Below the pieces are notes generated by a model. The model saw only the letters and a program-made list of their open reading frames with translations, had not been told where the DNA came from and ran no database searches. DNA of 32,000 bases from Bifidobacterium longum subsp. longum JCM 1217 (lineage in GTDB: Bacteria > Actinomycetota > Actinomycetes > Actinomycetales > Bifidobacteriaceae): the NCBI RefSeq assembly GCF_000196555.1, contig NC_015067.1, positions 2,220,001-2,252,000 of the forward strand, read 5' to 3'. The position numbers and the translations under genes are program-made. Below, in pieces: positions 1-8,149 of this stretch. How positions within the stretch are numbered: the stretch's first letter is position 1; each line of letters opens with the position of its first letter.

Positions 1-3000
1 CTTGCCTGCGGTGGTGGAGTCGAACGAGCCAATCGCAAGCTGCGGGTCGTCAAGAGCGACCGGCACTTCCTTGGTCTTGTCGCCACTCTGGTAGACGGCA
101 GTCACCTTCAGACCGGCGGTATCGAGCTTGTCGCCGATGGCGTACTCGGTCTTCGTGGGTCCGATCACCTTGAGCGAAGCCAAAGTGAAGGCGTTGAAGG
201 TCACCGTGTAGGTCTTCGTCTCAGACTCGTCGGCTGAGGTCACCGTAATGGCGGCCTTGCCGCCAAGCTTGCCGTTCTCAACCGCGTCGCCAGTCACCTT
301 GACGGCGGCGGCATTGTCGGTGGCGAAGGCCTGCAGCACCGGGTTTGCCTCGGCGTCGACCGGCAGATCAACCGTGTAGTCGGTCTTGGACGGGTCGAAG
401 CCTTCAACGGTTTCGCCGTCAAGACGCAGGTCGCCCAGCGTGGCATCGGATGCTGGCTGCGGGGTGAGTACCGTGCTGTCTTGTGCGAACACCTGGATCT
501 CAGCCACGTTGATGTACACCTTGGTGTCCTGCAATGTGTTAGTCAGGCGGATGGCCTTGGCCTTTACCGGGGTGCCGAGCACGAAGTCAACGGTCGGGGT
601 GTCGGCGGCGGTGATGCCGTCGGAGCCAGAGCCGGCATCGCCGGCCTGTATCTTCCAGCCATCCTTGGTACCGACTCCATGCCATTCGCCAGCCTCATCC
701 TGGTATTCCAGCGTCTGGCTCTTCGGCCAAGACGCACGACCATCGTAGTAGAAGAAGGTCTTCACTTCGGTGATGGTCTGAGCTTCGTCGAAGGTGAACG
801 TGGCGACCGGGTCCACCGTCGAGGCGGTGGAAGCCCAAGTGGACCAACCCTTTGACGTAGTGTCACCATCGATGGCCTTGGAAGCGGAGGCACCCTCCTG
901 GAAGTTCACCGAGAAGTTCGTGCCAGAGGCCGCGGCGATGTTCTTCGCAGCACCCTGAACCGGCGTCACGAATGCCTGAATTTCGGTGGCGTTCATGTAG
1001 TCGTTGTTCACGGTGTTCACAATGCGCATCTTCGTGGCATTCACTGTGCCCTTATCGGCCTTGAACGTCACCGTCTGGCCTGCGGCAGGCTTAACATCGC
1101 TACCGAATTGCATCCACGTCTCGCCATCAGTGGTGTACTCGGCCTTGGCGGAAGCCGGAGCCTTGTCACCATACGTAATGGTCACGCTGCTAAGCTCACA
1201 CTCAGAGCCGAAGTCAATCGTGGCGGTCGGGCTGGCGGAATAGTCACCAGCAGAGTTCCACGTCACCCAGGCTTCAGCTGACGTGTCACCATCGGTGAGC
1301 TTCTTCCACTGATCGCCCTTGCTGTATTCCGTCTGCTGGTTGGTCACGGTCAGGTTGGAAGCAGTGTCGGCCACATTCTCAGGCGTGGCGGCGGTGACAT
1401 AGATCGCGCCCTTCAGTGCAATCGTGGTCGCGTCGTCCAGCTGGTAAGTACCGGTCACGGCAATGTTGTCGCCAGCCTTGGCATCGGCGAGCTTGGTATC
1501 AAGCCCATCGAAGTTCCACGTAACCTTAGCCGCATCGCCCTCGAATGCAGGCGATGCCTTGACGTGTAGGTACACCGGCGCAGCCTCAAGCGCGGCCTTC
1601 GCCTCGCTCGCACTGGTGCCGGCCAGCACTGTAGCCGATACCGGATCGGAAACGGTGAGCGCGCCAACGTAGACCGTAGCGGTGACGTTGAACTCGTTGC
1701 CGTACACATCGGTGGCGGTAGCGGTGGCTTCGTAGGCGCCTTCCTTGGCCACATCGACCTTGGAAGTATCCCAGTTGGCAACCGTGGCCTTGCCTTCGCC
1801 CCAAGTGTAGTAGAGCGTGACTTCGACCGGAAGCACGGCCTTCTCGTTAACGGCGGTCTGCACGTTCACGGTCTTCTGGCTGGTCGGCGTTACATTGCGC
1901 AGAGTCCATGTCTGGTTGGCGGACGGCGAAGTGCCGCTCGGTGACTGCCACAAGCCAACCTTCGTGCCGACTGTGGTACCAGAGTTATCCACATCAAGGT
2001 TCGTCTTAGTCGCGGCATTGAGCAGCTGGTAGGTCGAACCATCGGAAGTGTTGAGAATCCACTTGGCAGCCGGGTCGGATTTAGCGGCCCCAACCGTTTC
2101 GTTGGAAAGCGCGTTCGTGCCATCCTTGGACACCAGCACCTTGCCTTCGGCGTTAGTAATCACATAAGCCTTGAGATCAGGGCGCTCGGAGTCGGTGGGC
2201 TGCTCGATCTGGGTAAAGGTCCAAGTCTGCTTCTTGGCGTTCTCGGCATCGGAAGCGACGTTGGCCAGGGACAGCGCGGAATCACCAGAAGTGGTATCAG
2301 CCACGGCCTTGCCGGACTGCTTACCAACGAGCTGGTAAGTGTCGCCGGTCTCGACGGCAGCATCCTTAGCGTAGCCGGTCACGCCAGTGAGCTGGATGGA
2401 GGCGATAGAACGGGCGGGCACAGTGACCGTAGCGGTCTTGGCAGCCTTGTCAATCATCACAGAGCCTTCAGCTTGCTTGACGTTGCTGGTCTTGGCGAAG
2501 ACTTCCGGAGTGGCGGAATCGACACCCGCGTTCTTGTCTTCGGCAGAGGTTTCGGTGGTCAGGTAGAGCTCACCGTAAGCGTTGTCGGCAATCTCGCCGT
2601 ACTTCGACAGGTCGATGACGAAGGTCTGGTCAGAGGTGCCGGAGTTGCGGTGGATGACGGTCTGCGTCTTGCCATCGTCGGAGGTGGCAGTCATGTTGTT
2701 GTCTTCATCGTTGTTGGCGATGACCTTGTCGCCCGCGTGGATGAAGTGGGTGATGGCCTTGACGCCGTTGTACTTGGCGTTTGCAATAACCGTGCACGGT
2801 TCAAGTCCATCGGTGGTACCGCCGTTGTTGTTCACGCGGCGCTCGGAGTAGAGCTTGCCGTCCATGCCAGCCACGGTGCAGTCGAAGTCGATGAGCACGG
2901 TGCCCCAGTTGGTGTTCTCACCGGCCGGATTCACATTCGAGCCCATCTGCATGTTGTAGAGGTCCTCGACCACCTGCCAGAAGGTGAAGTCCTTGGACTG

Positions 3001-4299
3001 CAGGCGGGTGACGTTGGAGCTGATCTTGCTCATCATGCCCAGCGCGTTGTCGAAACCGTACGGGTTGTAGGAGCCGGACTGCCAGGAGCCGTCCACCTCG
3101 CTCATCGACAGCTTCTTGCCGTCTGCCTGAGCGATATCGCGCGACTGCATCTGGTTGCTGTCGGAGTAGGCGTGAACGTTGTACTGGCCGATAAGGTCCT
3201 TGATCGCCTGCGGGTACTGGTTGTACGACTTGACGAAGTCGGCGGAGTTCGTGGCATCGGTGGCTGCGATGATGGTGTCATCATTGTCCTTGAGCGCCTC
3301 AGCGAGTGCGGTAATCGTCTGCTGCTGCTGGGCGTTGCTGACATGCATACCCTCCTGCGGCTTCTTCAGCGCGTTGGAGTATGGGGTGACGGACCTATCT
3401 TTGTCGGAGTAGTACTTATCCCAGTAGTTGTTAATGAGCTTGGTGTTGTCATCGCTCTCATCGGTGTACTTCGAAGCCATGTCGCCCGGAGTGCCCCAGT
3501 AACTGGTCTCGGACTCGTTGAACGGCTCGACCGTGTCAACGTTTGCGCCAAGGCTTTCGAGGTGCTCGACGTTCTTGGCCATGTACTGAGCGAATTTCTC
3601 AGGGTTTGCAAGATTATTGCTACCGGAGTTGCGTCCACCAGTGGCGTAACCGCTGTTGGTCAGGAACCACGGAGCGGAGTTGGCGAAGGCCTCTACATCG
3701 GTGATGTCGGGGTTATCGCCGGTGGCACCGCGCTCAATCCACCAGTCTTGGGCGGCGGACTTGGAGAAGTCATACTGGTTGTCGTCAGTCGGGTCGAATG
3801 CCGCAGCCAGCTTGTCTTTGTCGGCCTGCTTGGTGGTTACGCCATTGCCATACGTGCCGGAGCCGGTGGCGTCATCTTTCCACGTGCCAGGCACGGCAGC
3901 GCCTTGGCGCATGAATGGGTAGCCGTAGGCAACATCGGAGGCATTGCCGCCGCCCACGTTGTAGCGGGCCATGTTCAGGTCCAGTCCTTCATCACCGAAG
4001 ATGGACTGGTAGAACTGTTCGCGCAGCTGCTTGCCGTATTCCACAGCCTTAGCCTTGGAAGCGTCATCGCCGAGATTGGTGGTGATGGCCGATTCCTCGC
4101 CGAGGCTGCCGGTGGCGTTGGCGAACCAAGCCAGCGAGGTGCCCCAGCCATCGAAACTGTTGGCATACCACGGGTTCGGGGTCACGGTAATGGCATCGTT
4201 ATCAGCCGCATACGCAGTGCCGGCAACCGCAAACGCCCCTCCTCCCACTAGTGTTGCCGCCGCAACCATTGCAGCAAGCGATTTGCTCAGTACCCTCAT
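1..4299 (-). CDS. Secreted multidomain glycoside hydrolase. GH30-like catalytic domain (beta-1,6-galactanase / galactobiohydrolase type) followed by ricin-B (CBM13-like), two F5/8-type-C (CBM32-like), cadherin-like and Ig-like modules. 3'-partial: the C-terminus is off the left edge.
   Basis: Not in the supplied track because there is no stop in the window. Hand translation of the minus strand from ATG 4299..4297 (AAGGAG at 4309..4304) stays open for all 1433 codons down to nt 1 (...LAIGSFDSTTAGK). The N-terminus MRVLSKSLAAMVAAATLVGGGAFAVAGTAYA looks like a signal peptide. FDGWGTSLAWFAN, VEPFNESETSYW and KLSMSEVDG resemble GH30 core, acid/base and nucleophile segments. QTWTF / GLWQS / QTWTL are ricin QxW repeats. 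LTDGDTSAEAW and IDGDTTSKGW are discoidin-type CBM motifs. DATLGDLRLDGETVEGFDPSKTDYTV is a cadherin-like module. Confidence 0.85.
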   Translation of the reverse strand, partial: MRVLSKSLAAMVAAATLVGGGAFAVAGTAYAADNDAITVTPNPWYANSFDGWGTSLAWFANATGSLGEESAITTNLGDDASKAKAVEYGKQLREQFYQSIFGDEGLDLNMARYNVGGGNASDVAYGYPFMRQGAAVPGTWKDDATGSGTYGNGVTTKQADKDKLAAAFDPTDDNQYDFSKSAAQDWWIERGATGDNPDITDVEAFANSAPWFLTNSGYATGGRNSGSNNLANPEKFAQYMAKNVEHLESLGANVDTVEPFNESETSYWGTPGDMASKYTDESDDNTKLINNYWDKYYSDKDRSVTPYSNALKKPQEGMHVSNAQQQQTITALAEALKDNDDTIIAATDATNSADFVKSYNQYPQAIKDLIGQYNVHAYSDSNQMQSRDIAQADGKKLSMSEVDGSWQSGSYNPYGFDNALGMMSKISSNVTRLQSKDFTFWQVVEDLYNMQMGSNVNPAGENTNWGTVLIDFDCTVAGMDGKLYSERRVNNNGGTTDGLEPCTVIANAKYNGVKAITHFIHAGDKVIANNDEDNNMTATSDDGKTQTVIHRNSGTSDQTFVIDLSKYGEIADNAYGELYLTTETSAEDKNAGVDSATPEVFAKTSNVKQAEGSVMIDKAAKTATVTVPARSIASIQLTGVTGYAKDAAVETGDTYQLVGKQSGKAVADTTSGDSALSLANVASDAENAKKQTWTFTQIEQPTDSERPDLKAYVITNAEGKVLVSKDGTNALSNETVGAAKSDPAAKWILNTSDGSTYQLLNAATKTNLDVDNSGTTVGTKVGLWQSPSGTSPSANQTWTLRNVTPTSQKTVNVQTAVNEKAVLPVEVTLYYTWGEGKATVANWDTSKVDVAKEGAYEATATATDVYGNEFNVTATVYVGALTVSDPVSATVLAGTSASEAKAALEAAPVYLHVKASPAFEGDAAKVTWNFDGLDTKLADAKAGDNIAVTGTYQLDDATTIALKGAIYVTAATPENVADTASNLTVTNQQTEYSKGDQWKKLTDGDTSAEAWVTWNSAGDYSASPTATIDFGSECELSSVTITYGDKAPASAKAEYTTDGETWMQFGSDVKPAAGQTVTFKADKGTVNATKMRIVNTVNNDYMNATEIQAFVTPVQGAAKNIAAASGTNFSVNFQEGASASKAIDGDTTSKGWSTWASTASTVDPVATFTFDEAQTITEVKTFFYYDGRASWPKSQTLEYQDEAGEWHGVGTKDGWKIQAGDAGSGSDGITAADTPTVDFVLGTPVKAKAIRLTNTLQDTKVYINVAEIQVFAQDSTVLTPQPASDATLGDLRLDGETVEGFDPSKTDYTVDLPVDAEANPVLQAFATDNAAAVKVTGDAVENGKLGGKAAITVTSADESETKTYTVTFNAFTLASLKVIGPTKTEYAIGDKLDTAGLKVTAVYQSGDKTKEVPVALDDPQLAIGSFDSTTAGK

Positions 4300-4416
4300 T
4301 GGTCTCCTTAGTGTTCCTGCTGTCCGCCTTATACCGGAAAAATCGGCCTTTGCTTCACTGAGCCGGCCTCTTTGCCTGATACATGACCTACGTCGACTCC
4401 TTCTTTCGGCGCAGCC

Positions 4417-4438
4417 AAAATGTTTACGCAAACATTTT
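4417..4438. promoter_or_regulatory. 22-bp near-perfect palindrome AAAATGTTTaCGcAAACATTTT; candidate LacI-family-type operator upstream of the GH30-like gene
   Basis: 10 of 11 mirrored positions pair, with one central mismatch. It has a central CG and TG...CA ends like cre/LacI-type sites. It lies about 120 bp upstream of the GH30-like start (4299) in the 303-bp gap 4300..4602. Confidence 0.4.
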
Positions 4439-4602
4439 GATATGAGCGATTTTATCACAAAACCGTCACCCAGCAAACAACTTCAGAGACCACAAACGAC
4501 GCACAAAGTCATGAGCCATTCGAATTGCGCTGGCCCAATCGCTACGAATCATATTTGCCGTAGCCCTTAAGTGAATCCCACTGCATCGAGATATCGCGCC
4601 CG

Positions 4603-6129
4603 CTATCCCTTCCGATAACGCCGACCACGCGTGTTGCCTTCAGCAATCAGCTTTCCTTGCGCAACTAAACCGTTTAGGAATTTGCGGACTGTTCTGTTAT
4701 CGAGCTCTGTTATCTTGGCGAGTTCAGGTACAGTCACATAGTCAACCTCTGTCAAGCGTCGATTCATCGCCGACAGCATCGCTGCCCGCGAATCAATTTC
4801 ACCCGATGCGGTTGCATCTGCTTTCTTACCATCCACACGTTCCCCGCCAATGAGCCTCGCACCCTCTTCGGCATCTTTCTCAACTACAGATCTCACGCTA
4901 GCAAAACCAGAACCATCCACGGTCTTCAGCGCAGGAACAATAGGAATCGTCGCCTCGAATATGTCACCATCGCGGAACTCAGGCTCTCGCTCAGTATATT
5001 GCCGGGACGCTCTTATCAGATTCCGCAGTCCGCTACCCAGCTGCTCGGCTATGCCGGTCTGCACAAACACATTAGCGATAATCGGATTCTTTGGCATTGG
5101 CGTGAACTCGCCCAGCTTCATTCGACCTTCAAAGAATGAGCGCGAAGCATTAACCGTCCGGATGGATTCATTATCAATGGTGACACGCGCCACCACCGGA
5201 CTGGAATACTCCCGATGCATGAGGCTGTTTGCCACCAATTCACGGGCGATCATCGTACGCGGGCTCACTCGCTTATCGCCCTTTAACACAAAGCGGTCAG
5301 GCAGATTCCGCTCAGTAAATTCACGGAGTTGCTCGTACGAATCGAACAAGTTGGTCCGCACCATAAGTCGGTCATCGTATCGGTCAATATTGTCTCGCCG
5401 AACCACGGCATCAGTAATATACGCTGGGCAAACCGAGGAAATGACTTCATCCTTGCCCAAGAGCAGCACTGCAGCAAGATTAAAGCCCTCTTCGCCGGTC
5501 GTGTAATCACGATCGTATAGCTTGGCGCTGCGGAACAGTTCTTCGTCAGACATGGTTCCCCAAGGGTGCCCAGCTCGCTGAGCGACCGCCAGCTGCCGCA
5601 TTCGCGCAATCAGCTCAGGACGCAAATCAAACGGAGTCACGTAACGGAAAATTCGCCGTTCGGAATAGTAGTTCTGCTTGCGAATATACATTTGACTAAT
5701 CTGGATATCGCTTTCGATGTGTGTATCCACATCAGCAATGCGATCAAACACTGCGCCCTTGAACCGCACAACCGAAGAACTCGGAGCTACCCAAATACGA
5801 ACAATAATCCGTTCGTCGTACTCGATATGTTCCGTTTCCACCATTGGAGCCGGTTCGAACATCTTACGATTAGACACTACGTTGACAACGTTGCGCTCTA
5901 TCTCACTAACGCGCTTAGAATCGACGCCGAGCACTTGACCGTCATCGTCAACGCCAAGATAAATGCTGCCACCAGAACGATTGGCGAATGAGCATACAGT
6001 CTCAAAAGTATCCGTATGAGGCAATTCGCTGCAGCGCTTGAACTCGACCATAGATGATTCACCGGCCTGCAGCACTTGCATAAGTTCATCCTGCGTCATC
6101 GCATTCCGCCCTTCATAGCGATAATTCAT
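4603..6129 (-). CDS. AlbA_2 (Schlafen-like divergent AAA) + HATPase_c_4 + C-terminal winged-HTH protein. This family is often annotated RecG-like or as a putative transcriptional regulator; its function is unknown.
   Basis: 508-aa ORF. GESSMVEFKR and CSFANRSGGSIYLGVDDDGQVLGV fit an AlbA_2 N-domain. ARELVANSLMHREY ... PKNPIIANVF ... LGSGL fit an HATPase_c_4-type region. The C-terminal TVPELAKITELDNRTVRKFLNGLVAQGKLIAEGNTRGRRY fits a wHTH. The alternative start ATG at 6099 (MTQDEL...) has a better purine-rich SD (GAAGGG) than the ATG at 6129. GC is visibly lower than in neighbouring genes. Confidence 0.85.
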   Translation of the reverse strand: MNYRYEGRNAMTQDELMQVLQAGESSMVEFKRCSELPHTDTFETVCSFANRSGGSIYLGVDDDGQVLGVDSKRVSEIERNVVNVVSNRKMFEPAPMVETEHIEYDERIIVRIWVAPSSSVVRFKGAVFDRIADVDTHIESDIQISQMYIRKQNYYSERRIFRYVTPFDLRPELIARMRQLAVAQRAGHPWGTMSDEELFRSAKLYDRDYTTGEEGFNLAAVLLLGKDEVISSVCPAYITDAVVRRDNIDRYDDRLMVRTNLFDSYEQLREFTERNLPDRFVLKGDKRVSPRTMIARELVANSLMHREYSSPVVARVTIDNESIRTVNASRSFFEGRMKLGEFTPMPKNPIIANVFVQTGIAEQLGSGLRNLIRASRQYTEREPEFRDGDIFEATIPIVPALKTVDGSGFASVRSVVEKDAEEGARLIGGERVDGKKADATASGEIDSRAAMLSAMNRRLTEVDYVTVPELAKITELDNRTVRKFLNGLVAQGKLIAEGNTRGRRYRKG

Positions 6130-6170
6130 ACATTAGGACATGGCACTTATCGTATTTTAGCATCTAATTA

Positions 6171-6204
6171 GTACATTAGGACATTGTTTTATGTCCTAAT
6201 GTAC
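6171..6204. promoter_or_regulatory. Perfect inverted repeat GTACATTAGGACAT-N6-ATGTCCTAATGTAC; candidate operator in the promoter of the AlbA_2-family gene
   Basis: The 14-bp arms are exact reverse complements (6171..6184 and 6191..6204). A third half-site, ATACATTAGGACAT, lies at 6128..6141 and overlaps the ATG at 6129. A possible extended -10 (TGCTAAAAT on the minus strand, 6162..6154) lies between them. Confidence 0.5.
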
Positions 6205-6314
6205 TAATTAGGCGGCTAATTGTACTAATAATTGCACACTGATGTACTAATCCGATGATCGAATGCACTAATTGTCCGCACAAATGCACTAATCGGATGA
6301 CCGAATGTATCAAT
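6191..6314 (+). repeat. Array of 10-bp iterons ATG[T/C][A/C]CTAAT, six of them phased at 21-22 bp
   Basis: Copies start at 6191 (ATGTCCTAAT), 6199, 6220 (TTGTACTAAT), 6242, 6263, 6284 (ATGCACTAAT) and 6305 (ATGTATCAAT). The last six are spaced 21, 22, 21, 21 and 21 bp. Two inverted copies (ATTAGGACAT) lie at 6132..6141 and 6175..6184. The region is strongly AT-rich. Confidence 0.8.
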
Positions 6315-6438
6315 GAGACCTATAGGCAGCCGATTGGCTGACGATCAGCCCAGTCATTGGCTATCGGCCGCTAGCCAGTCAGCCGCCAACAGCCAACAGC
6401 CACCCAACCAATAGCCGCCAGCCAATCAGCCCGTCCAA

Positions 6439-7962
6439 TCACTCCTTGTGTTCCAGTGCGGCCTTCAAATCGCGGCTACGGTAGCGTTCGCGCAGCATAG
6501 AGAATCCACCGAAGCCCACAAGCCACACCAGGCCGGCAATCGCGGAATTGCGCGTATCGTCCGCAAGGAACAACGTCAGGTAGATGAACACGAAGAACAC
6601 GATTGCCACCGTATTGAGCACCTTCCACGCGGGCATGACGAACCCGTCCGGAATGAAATCAGCGGAACGGCGGTACCTGCGATGCGCCAGCAGCGTCAGG
6701 ATGTAGATGAACAGGAACACCGCGGAGCTGGCGGACGAGAACAGCACGAACGCTCCGGACACACCGGGGATGGCGTTGACGATCGGCGACAGCAGTATCA
6801 GCGCCGCGGACACCAGGATGGCGCGGGCCGGCACCTTGCGATCGGACACCTTGCCGAGCTTGTTCAGCATCGGGTTCGGCGACACCTCGGACAGCTGGTA
6901 CAGGTGGCGGCCAGCCGAGTACAGCAGCGAGTTCAGCGCGGAAGATGCGGCGGTGATCACCACGAAGAACACCAGCGCGGACGCCCAATTCAGCCCGGCG
7001 TACTGGAACACCATAATGAACGGGGAGGCAAAGGAGCCGTCCTCGTTCGGCTTGAACGAGGTCCACGGCACGATGCACATGATGGCCACCAGTGCGCCCA
7101 CATAGAAGATGAGCACGCGCACGATAATCTCGTTGATGGCCTTGGGCAGCACCTTGCGCGGATTCTTGGTCTCGGAGACGGTGACGCCCACGAATTCAAT
7201 CATCTCGTAGGCGAAGAACACCATCTGGAAGCTCATGAGGAAGGCCATCCAACCGTTCGGCGCGAACGAGAAGTTGGCGAACAGGTTGTCGAATCCGGCG
7301 TGGCCGGCCGGGCTCACGTGGTCCACGCCGTGAATCTGCACGGCTGGGTAATGGTAGCCGATCACGATCATGACCACGGCGGTGGCGATCATCGCGCAAA
7401 TCAGCGTGATCTTGATCATCGAGAACCAGAATTCCACCTCGCCGAACACCTTGACGGCAATCAGGTTGATGGAGACCAGCGACACCAGGAAACACAGCTC
7501 GATCAGCCATTTCCAATGGGTCAGGTCGATGCCGAACGTGTCGAAGAAGGTGATGAAGTACGTGGAGACGGCCGTGATCTCGGTCATGCCCAGCAGCACG
7601 AGCGCGGCCCAATACGTCCAGCCGGCGAAATGCCCCCACCCGTTGCCAAGGTAACGGGTGATGAAATTGATGAAGGTGTGCTGGCTGGGGTCACGGTACA
7701 TCATTTCGCCGATGGCGCGCATCAGGAAGAACATGATGACACCGACCAGAATGTACACGAAGATGATCGAGGGGCCGGTTAGCGAGATTGACTTACCCGA
7801 GCCCAGGAACAGGCCGGTGCCGATGGTGCCGCCAATGGCGATGAACTGTACGTGGCGATTGCTCAGGCCACGCTCCATCTCGTTGGTCTGGTCCAGGCTT
7901 TCGACAGACTTGAGTTTGCCCGTAGCCTGCTGTGTACCACCATTCACATTCGTATCGGCCAT
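6439..7962 (-). CDS. Amino-acid permease, APC superfamily (AAT family; AroP/CycA/GabP-like)
   Basis: LSNRHVQFIAIGGTIGTGLFLGSGKSI is the classic amino-acid permease signature, and the protein has about 12 hydrophobic segments. I prefer the ATG at 7962 (MADTNVNGG...) to the track's GTG at 8004, which has no SD-like sequence upstream. The substrate cannot be called. Confidence 0.85.
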   Translation of the reverse strand: MADTNVNGGTQQATGKLKSVESLDQTNEMERGLSNRHVQFIAIGGTIGTGLFLGSGKSISLTGPSIIFVYILVGVIMFFLMRAIGEMMYRDPSQHTFINFITRYLGNGWGHFAGWTYWAALVLLGMTEITAVSTYFITFFDTFGIDLTHWKWLIELCFLVSLVSINLIAVKVFGEVEFWFSMIKITLICAMIATAVVMIVIGYHYPAVQIHGVDHVSPAGHAGFDNLFANFSFAPNGWMAFLMSFQMVFFAYEMIEFVGVTVSETKNPRKVLPKAINEIIVRVLIFYVGALVAIMCIVPWTSFKPNEDGSFASPFIMVFQYAGLNWASALVFFVVITAASSALNSLLYSAGRHLYQLSEVSPNPMLNKLGKVSDRKVPARAILVSAALILLSPIVNAIPGVSGAFVLFSSASSAVFLFIYILTLLAHRRYRRSADFIPDGFVMPAWKVLNTVAIVFFVFIYLTLFLADDTRNSAIAGLVWLVGFGGFSMLRERYRSRDLKAALEHKE

Positions 7963-8107
7963 ACTGATTTCATTTCTCTTCTCTGCCGCCCGATTGTTAC
8001 GCACCAGACGCGATACTCGTTCAAAACAAGTTCAAACTGTATCACCGAAATATGTCACGAAAACCGCTCAGCTCAAGAATACATGCGATGATACTGTAAA
8101 TATTCCG

Positions 8108-8143
8108 CCAAAAAGTTCAATTCATCAACACCAAATTGAACTT
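8108..8143 (-). terminator. Intrinsic terminator downstream of the FtsX-type permease gene
   Basis: 10-bp perfect stem AAGTTCAATT (8113..8122) / AATTGAACTT (8134..8143) with an 11-nt loop. On the minus strand it is followed by a T-run (plus-strand A-run 8110..8114). It starts 7 nt after the stop at 8150. Confidence 0.65.
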
Positions 8144-8149
8144 CTACCT

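Noticed and set aside
2473-4251. 592-aa plus-strand ORF from the track (G/V/L/R-rich)
   Set aside because: It is antisense to the hand-verified GH30-like CDS (1..4299, minus). Its composition is typical of the shadow frame of a GC-rich gene, and it has no recognisable motifs or SD.
4505-4570. Possible tRNA (TTCGAAT-like T-loop string, ATTCGAAT palindrome at 4518..4525)
   Set aside because: I could not build an acceptor, D or anticodon stem around it, and the flanks do not pair.
6128-6314. CRISPR array as an explanation of the regularly spaced repeats
   Set aside because: The repeat unit is only about 10 bp with a 21-bp period, far shorter than CRISPR repeats and spacers. The sequences between repeats are themselves partly repeated. 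There are no cas genes.
8019-8036. GTTCAAA direct repeat (8019 and 8030, 11-bp spacing) upstream of the first permease. It shares TTGAAC with the nearby terminator arms and could be a regulator site.
   Set aside because: It is short and AT-rich, has only two copies, and the resemblance to the terminator stem may be coincidental. Noted but not called.
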